A DNA stretch of 64,000 nt from Eledone cirrhosa (Eukaryota): contig OZ024741.1 of the NCBI GenBank assembly GCA_964016885.1, forward strand, positions 197,656,001 through 197,720,000. The letters run 5' to 3'. The position numbers were made by a program, and so were the translations under genes. Numbering within the stretch: position 1 is the stretch's first letter; every line of letters begins with the position of its first letter. Positions 54,587-64,000 of the stretch are shown piece by piece. The notes beneath the pieces are model-generated. The model saw only the letters and a program-made list of their open reading frames with translations. It was not told the DNA's origin and did no database searches.

Positions 54587-55060
54587 GCTGCTGTTGGTGG
54601 TAACACTACTATGGCGACGACAGGCTCATATTTTACAAAAGAGGCTAGAGCGACAGACACGGTCTAAATAAGCCAAGAGAATTTTACCAGGTCCATGCAG
54701 CTTGTAACAAGAATCAACCGAACCGTACCATTAGCTCTGCGGGAGCAAGTTCTCTAGGACACAGAACAAAATGACTTTTATAAACCGGCCCATATACACT
54801 AAGTCCTAAAGGCTCGACTGAGCACCAAGGGACCAACTCGAAAGATGGCTCAAGCCAATCTGGGACATCAAAACCTATATAACATGAGGAAAACATTCGT
54901 CACAGTACAAGTAAGGTTCTCAAATGAAGCAGAGACCAGGAGTCAGTCCACTATCACTTTAAAATGTGAGGAAGACAGCCTCTTTCCCAATGTGGTGGAC
55001 ATGAGTGAAATGTTTGAGAATAGGAATTTTCCTATCCCGCCTAGCTCTTGTAACACCACT
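54360..55060 (+). mobile_element. Remnant of a Tx1/L1-like ORF1 containing (GCT)n(ACT)n
   Basis: TVQVRFSNEAETRSQS resembles TISVLFKSEALTMRHS at 58132-58326. Confidence 0.4.
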
Positions 55061-55422
55061 TAAGAAAGATAAGGTAGAGAAGGAAATTCTGCTTTCTTGA
55101 GTGTTTCATGAAAGGTTAGTGAATGTAGTGAAATTTACGAGCCTGAATCGACTTACTTTATGCTTTTTTTAAGATAAGGAGAAAGGAAACTAGGAGATGG
55201 CACTTTCAATGCCTTTGGTGATAAAGAGTAATGCGTACATCTGTATGAAGTTTCCGACCCTAATTTCTGTAGCTGTACTATTGGAAAATATTTGTAACAT
55301 ATATTGTTTTTGCTGATTTCAAATATTTTTACTCGATGTAAATCTCACTGTATTGTAATTCGTTCTTATATTGTCCTAAAACGTTTTAAATGCTTTTTGC
55401 AAATAAAACATTATTATCATTA

Positions 55423-55945
55423 GGGAGGTCGATTGGCAGTATTGATAAGGCATCGGACAACATGCTTCGGGGCATAGATTTACATCCCTTTACGTTCTGA
55501 GTTCAACTCCCATCGAGGTTAGCTTTACCTTTCATCATTACGGGCTCAATAAACAAAGTACCAGTCCTGCACTGGGGTCGATTTAATCGACTTTCCCTCC
55601 CCCAAAACTGCTATTTTATTATTAGGTAGATTGGCAATATTGGTAAGGCATCGGATAACATGCTTTGCGGCATAGAATGACGGCCCTTTACGTTCTGAGT
55701 TCAAATCTCACCGAAATTAGCTTCGCCTTTCATCCTTACGGGGTCGATAAAATGAAGTATAAGTAATACACTGGGATCTATTTAATCAATTCTACCCGTC
55801 CCTTTAAATTTCTGGCCTTATGCCTAAATCAAAAATTTTGATTATTATTATTACTTTGCCTTTCAATCTTACGGGGTCGATAAAATAAAGTACCAGTAAT
55901 ACACTGGGTAATTGCTGGCCTTGTGCCAAAAGTAGAAACAATTAT
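55423..55945 (+). mobile_element. Cluster of three tandem SINEs (55423-55610, 55625-55830, truncated 55855-55945) separated by (ATT)n
   Basis: Repeated gattggca.tat..ctgagttcaa..cctttcatc..gggtcgataaaat. Confidence 0.85.
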
Positions 55946-55949
55946 TATT

Positions 55950-56770
55950 TTGTCACGCAATGTAGATGGGAAATGCACCGGAGTATTTAGTGGTCAACAA
56001 GGATTTCGGAGAAATACTACTTTCTTTAAAAGGTGCATGACTGATTTTGTAAGACATCAAACTTGCATGATATTTCCAACTGCTTTAAGACGTCTTGGAG
56101 TTTCAATGGGATTGATCCTAATTCCCTCATCACAACTGGTATCACTTTCACATTATCCTCTCACATTCCGAATATTTTTGCCAGCTCCACTTTCAATTCG
56201 GTATACTTGGTGATTTTTTCAACCTCTTTACTCACAATAATCATGTCATTTATATGGCTACATCTATGATCTGACAGTATTTATCTATTTATCTTTCGTA
56301 TTCAATGCAACGTCTGGTCGGCGATGCTCAATGACTCTGTCAGTCTGAAAATCATAATCCCAGAATATCGTGACTTTCCAATCCTCCTGCATTACTTTAC
56401 AAGGTACATGTTCATACCAATTCTCTATTATTTCATATTGGTATTTACGACATACTTTATCATAGTGGCACTTGTATTCTTTTGGCGCAAGAGTCTCCCA
56501 TCTACTTACCAAGTGGGTTACATTTTTCACATTCTTTTCACAGAGTTTGCATTTCTGGGTGTCAGAAGTTTTGTAAATGCTATATTTCACTAAATTGGTA
56601 GTAAGAGTTTGGTCTTATGCTGCAATTATAAGGCTTTCAGTGGTACACTTCAAATAGGCTTGCTTACGTCATATCGATGAGGTTATTTATCCTTTATATC
56701 CTATATATTTCTCTCGAACTGCCCATGCATTTCCACTTCCAGGAGATTTTCTTTTCTCTTCAACTCTTTT
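55950..56770 (-). mobile_element. R4/Dong-like 3' fragment with CCHC and RLE
   Basis: KCKLC..VTHLVS, WYEHVP, FWDYDFQTDRVIEHRRPD; ends in an AAT repeat. Confidence 0.8.
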
Positions 56771-57199
56771 TAGAAATCTAGAGAATGAGAAATAATTAAA
56801 GCTGTATTGCACGTGCACACTAGAATTGGTGTGAACGAACAAGAAAAGGTAGAAATGTATCAGAATCTCAGTGAATAACTAAAATAGGTATATAAATAAG
56901 AACACAACGTTTTTCAATGTCTACTTTATTAGGAACAGCTAGAATATTACAAAGAATGTTCTAAAACAAGTATAAAATTTATTGTATTAAAATATTAGTA
57001 TAAGATCTTAGGTCAGAGAAAAGAAATAATTATAATGATGATAATATTTCTTTCTAACATTGGCCCACACTAGGCCAGCAATTTGAGGGAAGGGAAAGTC
57101 AACTATACCTACTCCAGTAATTATTTTATCGAAAAGTGGGATTTGAACTCAAAACGTAAAGAGTCGAAACAAAGCATTTTGTCCGCCGTGACCGACATT

Positions 57200-59015
57200 T
57201 TCAGCTTCCAGTAACCAGATCCTAGCCTATGAGTTCTATCCAAGTCGACCATACAGATCACAAATTTGTGATCTGAATAGGCGACCGTTTGGAAATGTGG
57301 ACGACCTATACTATCTTTATCTACTAATTTAATTTAAAAAAAATTAGATGACTCTATGCGGTTGGTCCAGGTCCAGACTGATGCATTAGGGAAAACTTGT
57401 TGGTACCTGTTGGAGAGTTGGAACTGGCTGATCGGTACTTGAGGCTTTTGGACCCTCAACTCCTATCACCTCTTCCCACACAATTCCAGTGTGCGTCTCA
57501 GATGCCATCCCAGTTCCCAGTTAACATTAAAGGGCGAGACGTTCCCTGAGAGGCTTCCAGGCGCCTAAATAAATCCGGCCGTCCTGCTCCGGTCGGGTTG
57601 TAGACAGCCACCAGTCGAAAAACACCAATCTCCCTAACCCGTTTGTAAGTATCGAACGACATTTGTACCAGATACAAATCTTCTGGTACGCAAAATGTGT
57701 TCGTGACAAATATTTCGCCCTCCTTCAATTTCTTGGCTTCGTGCTATAGAGGGCCATCAATTACTCGTTGGCCCTTCTTACAATCACAAAGTTGTGTGTG
57801 CTTTGTTGTTGTTGCGTTTGGGTGATTGTGGTGGTTATGATGTTATTGATGTTGTGTATGTGTATTGTGAGTGTGGTGTAGCAAACGCGTTGTTTCTCCG
57901 CAGACGGAACAGTGCCACCTTTTGCCCTCAGTGATTATTTGAAGTGCCGTCCCGTTTTGGAGACGGACGTGATCCACGATTTTTTTTAGATCCTCTGGTT
58001 TGATTTGAAGAATAATCTCCAAATCAAACCAATCCTCCTTGGCTATTCTTGTCGCTTCTATCAGAACGGCATCTGTCCCCTTCTCAATCATGCATCCCAG
58101 GAGCCACCACAAGCCAAGTCCTGGTGGAATCCTAGGAATGCCGGCTGCTTTTGCAAGGGAACACTGAGTGTCTCATAGTGAGGGCTTCCGACTTAAACAG
58201 CACCGAGATGGTGCCGTATTGTCTTCCCCTCACTATGTATTCGCTGTCTTGTCTGATGCATTTTAGCGTAGCCTCTATCTCGGCTTGTAAGGTCACTCTG
58301 CTTTGCGCGTCTGCGCCGAAATGCATCTGGAAATAATGGTCCCCTTCTCCACCACTTAAATTTTCTCTGCCGGGAGTGTTAAGTTGGCTCAGGTGTTCTC
58401 TCGTTTAATGAACTTCCATGCCTGCACCAACTTTTTATCTTTCTCGCTAAGGTCCAAGCTAAAGCATGGCCTTTTTGCTGGTGCTGTTGTTGGTGTTGTC
58501 GTTGCTGCTGTTGTCGTTGTTGTTTTCATTTTTCTTTAAGTTGTTCTTGTTGGTGGTGTTGTTGTTATTGTTGCTGTTGGTGTTGGTGTTGTTTTTAATT
58601 TCGTTGTTGTTCTTGGAGCTGTTGGAGTTGTTGTTGCCGCTGTTTTCTTCACTTGTTTCGTTGGTGTTGTCGTTGTTCACCTTGTTTGTGATGGTATTGC
58701 TAATTTTGTTGCTGGTGTTGTTGTTGCTTGTTGTATTTATAATTATTCCTTTTCTGTCCATAATGGTGCTTGTGGTAGTTGCGGAATCGCTCCTCTCAAC
58801 TTTTAAGTCGCTGTCATGAGACAGCAGATTATATGTTGAGGGGCTTGTCTTGTCCATGTTTTTTTTTGTTTTTGCTTTTTTTTAAAGAAAAAATATGAAT
58901 CTCAAATAGTTGCACCCAAAGACACAAATATTGTAAAGTCTCCCTATGGAGCAAAGACGCAACAAAAAATGACAAAAAAAAAAAAATTTCAAATTCACGA
59001 AGTCACCGAGCTTGT
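57200..59015 (-). mobile_element. Tx1/L1-like LINE 5' part: Asn-rich ORF1 and decayed APE endonuclease
   Basis: ORF1 from 58857; WHCSVCGE; RLVAVYNP..DLFRRL..LMLTGNWD. Confidence 0.65.
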
Positions 59016-59042
59016 CGACGACCAATTATAACAATAATAATA

Positions 59043-59225
59043 ATTGTTTCTATTCTTGGCACAAGGCCAGCAATTATCCCAGTGCATTACTAGTACTTTA
59101 TTTTATCGACCCCATAAGGATGAAAGGCAAAGTTAACCTCGGCGGTATTTGAACTCAGACCATAAAGGGCCGTAACTCTTTGCTACAAAGCATAGCATCA
59201 GAACCTCTACCGATACTGCCAATCT
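59043..59225 (-). mobile_element. SINE
   Basis: Reverse complement of the main SINE; 3' end in (ATT)n. Confidence 0.88.
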
Positions 59226-59499
59226 ATAATAATGCGGCTAAGCAATCCTTATTTAGTCTTTAACCAAGGTTGGCAATTATCCTACTTGTGGTTGTGCATC
59301 ATTTGAGTAAAAAATGCAAAATACCGAGTTATCAAACAGGCATGTGACAGATATTGAAAGCGAAGATGAAGGTGTCCTGACTGGTAGATGTTCCATTTTA
59401 CAGGAGAATGTGCCTATTTGTTATCCTGCAACTACTAACAATCATGTGAGACGAAGCAATCCATTAAATGAACATGATGTGCTAGCAAGAGGCTACAAC

Positions 59500-60250
59500 C
59501 AACTAATGTGTAGCCAGTAGCAAAAGGACTTATTTGAATCTACCTAGAAAAGAATTTATGAAAAATAGACGCCAGTACTTTGTAACTTCAAGCAATAAGG
59601 AAATATGCTTCGAAGATTTACAGACAGGTGTAGATGATGTAAGGAATAGAGTTGGTAGGGATGAGATAGTGGATAACTCCCAGAGAAATGACATAGGGGA
59701 AGAGAGGGAGAGAAATACACTGTCGAAAAACATCTAAAAATGCCGAGGATAAATAAAATATTAAAATCATGGAAGACAAAGATTTGGGGGCGCATGAAAA
59801 CATTTCAGGACGACAGTGATAATGGGGAAATGATAACTACAAACGAAAATACAATTATCCATTATGTAACACAAGCAATATAACCAAAATCAACCACTTG
59901 ATAAAATTAGCTATTGCACACAGACGAATAAATTAGGCTTGAAAGACATCACTATTGAGACTGATAAGCACGAACCATGGTGAAAGAGGAGAATATAACA
60001 AGATATAAAACTACTGAGATTTGATGTAAATTTATTGGAAGACAAAGAAAAGATCAGTCCAAATCCCAAAGGAACCGAGCTGATTTAAAAAGCAAATATA
60101 GCATTAAAAAGGTGTAACAACTGTAATAAAGAAATTGAAAAGTTGTAAGAACTGTAATAAAGAAGTTGAAACAAAAGATTTGAACTAAACAAAAAAAATG
60201 AAAGGAATAAAACAATACATACAGAACCATATATTCAAACAATGATGAAT
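59500..60250 (+). mobile_element. Possible decayed N-terminal part of an R4/Dong-like element
   Basis: EPW*KRRI and LKSKYSIKK..IKKLKQKI-like fragments. Confidence 0.4.
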
Positions 60251-60303
60251 TCGTTTTGCAAGGTATTTGATATGAAATCGTGTGTTGAAACAAATATTGT
60301 TAT

Positions 60304-60813
60304 TAGGTAGTAACATGTAATTACGCAGTATTTGACTAAATAGAATTAGTCTGTTGGTTGGGATTTTAAAAAAAACCTCTCTGAATGGAAAAAACATATC
60401 TTTGGTTTGCCGGACCAATGTGTTACCATTACACCAATACCCGTCCATACTTCCTTCCATTCAATTAGAAGCTATATAACCATAGCAGGTATCTATATGT
60501 ATATAAATAGGGAGACACAAAGCAGGCTTTGTTTACAAACAGCTAGCGAATTTGAACATTAGGTAGTAACATGCACCTGGGTGGCGTGTTAGTGTAATGG
60601 TAACACATTGTTCCGGCAAACTAAAGATGTGGGTTAGTGTCCCATGTACGTCAATGCTCATCCTTGTTTTCCATTCAGAGGGTTTTTTTTAAAATTCCAA
60701 CTAACAGACTAATTCTATTTAGTCAAATACGGCGTAAGCGCATGTCACTACCTAATTTTCAAATTCGCTAGCTGTTTCTAAACAAAGCATGCTTTCTGTC
60801 TCCCTATTTATGT
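60304..60813. mobile_element. Rearranged insertion with a tRNA-like head (60580-60650) and two inverted partial copies; 12-bp direct repeat at the ends
   Basis: aaatattgttat at 60292-60303 and 60814-60825; 60301-60435 and 60505-60572 are inverses of parts of 60590-60810. Confidence 0.7.
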
Positions 60814-61739
60814 AAATATTGTTATATTTGGGGAGGGTCATGTTGTTATAATATTGCCAGAAATATTTTAAAAAATGAGTCCGAAGTCAACTTTGTCTTT
60901 CATCCTTTTGAGGTGGATAAAAAAGTACTAGTCAAGTACTAGGGTCAATTCTTCCTCTAAATATCTTTCTTTCTTCCTTTCTCTCTCTCTCCATCTCTCT
61001 CTTTCTCTATCTATCTCTGTCACTCTTCTTCTTCTTCTTCTTCTCATTCTTGATCTTCTTCTTCTTCTTCTTATTATTATTCTCTGCAAGAAATCTACTG
61101 CATTCAGACTTGCTGAGGAGACGGGCTCCGCAATATTTAAATGATGCCCTAGAAACACCGTATGTAACACGCTACTAGTACGTTACCCTCGGGAGTTATG
61201 GGACCCTACATACATATGAGTAGAATAGAAATAAAAGTCAAGAACAAGTCATATCAGATGTGTAACAAAGGAAACAGTTCGGGAAAGAAATTCAGGACAA
61301 AGAAAATATTCATAACATTGAAGCTAAATGATTAAAGACACTTAGAGATAAAATAAATCATCAACAAACAGGTAAATATACATGTTACACGTTTGATGGT
61401 AATTAAAGACTGTAGCAAGACTTCCAATTATTAAGTCGCTGACCTTGATGTCCTTCAAAGATATTAGTTTAAAAGATTTGGATCAGTATATGAGAGAATA
61501 TTCATGAAACTTATTAAGATAATAAATAGTGAGGATAGGTTATCTACGTGGATGACAGACGGAAGAAGGATTTTACTGTTAAGAACCAAAGAGAAATATT
61601 GCCGGAAATTTTCGCCCAGTGTCATGTATTTCGTTGATGTGGAAACTATAAACTGGAATCATTGCAGATAATTTGTATTCATATCTTGAAGAGGAAAGGT
61701 TGATTGTTACCAGAGAAATAAAAGGATTTCGAACTAACT

Positions 61740-62900
61740 AGGGATTTTATTTAAATATATTGTTGACGCAAATTCTAAACCATCTGTTGGTGGAAGAAAG
61801 CGTATGAGAGTTACAAAATTTACAAGCCTTGATGAGAAAGTGACGAAATGTTTTATTCATTAACGGTCCCGTAGTAACAACGTCTCCGGTGCTGAAATCG
61901 AAGCTAATTAGACATTCAGAATTTCGAAGCTAGTGACGGATGGTTATGGCGATGTGGAAATTGCAATGGAATGAACAGTAAGATTACTTACAGTGATGTA
62001 GTCAGTTCACCAACCAGGGAAATCGGACAATTCAGGAATAGAGTAAACGGCCTAATTCAGTGTGACGGTGTAATGATTTTGTACTTACAGAATGCATTGT
62101 GAAGAATACCTGAGTGTTTAAAAATCAATCCTCCACGCCTGGTCGTAAATTAACCAACGACGGTATTTCGTAATTGAGTGAATATAGGCGGTATGCATCT
62201 TTCAAGTTAATGATAGTGGGGAGGTCAGCCCATCTGCGTGGTTTGAAGAACATTATTACCACCTTGGGAAATCACGGTTTAACATGTATATCTTTAATAC
62301 AGTGTATAAATACCAGAAAGATGTCCTGCATGAGATTATATCATTGAAAGTATCGTGATAATAGAAGGAGCAATCTTAAAAAGGACAACAAATACTCAGT
62401 AACACGAAGAACTAGAATCTCATGTCTGCTATATAGAATTTAATAATTTTATGGGTGTGGTTGCGGACTACAGCTCTGATGGCTATTTGGAAATAACTTC
62501 TGTATTATGTGGGGTAAAAAATGGTTGAAGGATTGGAGGCAAAGGATTTTCAATTTATATTTCAGAGAGGGCAGTTAAAACAGAAGTCATAGAAGACGAT
62601 GTGAAATCCTGGACAGAGAAGGGAGGTGAAACAGTCATGAAATCCTGGTGAACCAGATTACCAAGTGACAACGGAAGCAATAATAGTGGACGAAGTTCTC
62701 ATCGATAATAATAGTGATAGTGAGAATAAGGAGGTCGGTAAACTATTGCTTGAGAAACCCTAACTTTCGTTTATCGTTTGATAATATCACTTCAGTATTG
62801 TCTTATCAATCACAGTGGTGTTTCGCAATATTACATCTTAGAGCGTATGGTAAATCATTATCATTAGTGCAACATTAGCGATGTAAACAATAGAAACTGG
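61740..62900 (+). mobile_element. Tigger/pogo-like transposase remnant
   Basis: LDEKVTK.F..RSR..VSGAEI and FEASDGWLWR (CENP-B HTH type); acidic tail. Confidence 0.6.
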
Positions 62901-63270
62901 AATCATTTTTCAAGCCAATTCCTCTCAACTCTGCTATATCGGTGAAGCATGCTAATATTGATTTCTAATTTAGATACTTGACTGGTACTTTATTTTATAA
63001 ACCCTGGAATGATAAGTTGATCTCCGCGTTAGTTGAACTCAGAATGCAAAGAGGCAGAATAAATACAACAATGGCATTTTATCCAACTAATTCTGCCAAT
63101 CCACTACCCTGGAAGCCATCTAGTATTGATGACAGACCTGCTTTTGATTCAATTGCTTCTCAGTTACTCCAGATTTGTACGAATGGGAGGCAAAAGCCAG
63201 GATGCTTCATATATCCACAAGCTCATAAGGAGATGGAAAACCCCTACAAGAAAATTTCAATATATAAATA

Positions 63271-64000
63271 CGAGGTGGTATCAAAAAGTTCCCAGAATAG
63301 TTATGTTTAAAAGAAAACTAATATATTTACATACATTTTAACATCATCTTCGAAATGATCACCTTGCGCTGCAATACACTGGTCCTGCCACTTTTGGAAT
63401 ACGATTTGGAAGTCGTTTTCCGGAAGTGAGTCGAGGCCATTCTGCGATTTTCCACGGTGTTAAAATGGTGACATTTGACATACATTTTCAGCTTGTAGAA
63501 GAGATGGAAGTCCAGAGGTGCTAAATCTGGCTAATAGGGTCGGTGCGGAAGCGATACACTTGTTTTTAGCGAGAAACTCACGAGTGAGAAGAGCTCGGTG
63601 ACAGGGTGCATTGTCGTCGTGAAGAATCCAATTCTTCGTGCTCCACAGGTATGGTCGCTTTCGCTAAACGTCCTCCCTGAAACACATACAAATGTTGCAG
63701 TAGAACTCACGATTGATAGTATGGCTCCGGGGGATGAATTCTCGATGCACAAAACTGTGGATTTCGAAAACAACGATCAGCATGGCTCATGATTGAGCTG
63801 CAGCTCGGTCATGGAGATGAAGGGCGTTTCCACTGTGTCGACTGCTACTTCGTCTCAGGGTCGTACCTATAGACCCAACTCTCGTCACAGAAGATGATCT
63901 CTGACATGAAGGATGGATCATCATCAGCGGCACACTGACGGTGGTCTTGACAGACTACGACACGATGTTTTTCTTCCCAGTTGTCAGCAGGCAGGGGACA
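63271..64000 (-). mobile_element. Mariner (Tc1/mariner) remnant running past the window end
   Basis: TA|cgaggtggtatcaaaaagttcc TIR; minus strand LHDDNAPCH, HRPY*PDLAPLDFHL. Confidence 0.85.

Noticed and set aside
58466-58819. Hydrophobic Leu/Val ORF resembling a membrane protein
   Set aside because: Antisense reading of the (AAC)n-rich ORF1 of the LINE
60580-60650. tRNA gene
   Set aside because: T arm/B box and acceptor stem are decayed and it is embedded in a repeat; treated as a SINE-like head

Overview
AT-rich, repeat-saturated animal DNA with no recognisable host gene. The tRNA-derived SINE family and the (TA)n/(TACA)n load suggest an octopod cephalopod (inference). The window holds three Penelope-like retroelements (PLEs: RT + C-terminal GIY-YIG), each a foldback with outward-pointing 3' ends in (TA)n (9.2-12.2, 27.5-33.7, 33.7-39.7 kb). 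At least six short non-coding elements share that architecture. About a dozen type I hammerhead ribozyme motifs from several families can be read by eye, with covarying stem II and often self-complementary stem III. Also present: RTE, CR1/L2, R4/Dong-like and Tx1/L1-like LINE remnants, two adjacent Helitrons, Tigger/pogo and mariner remnants and many SINEs, some with 14-20 bp TSDs. The 7,515-bp-offset direct duplication across the 200-N gap is most likely an assembly artefact. Most ORFs in the track are microsatellite translations. All alignments and folds were done by eye, so boundaries are approximate.
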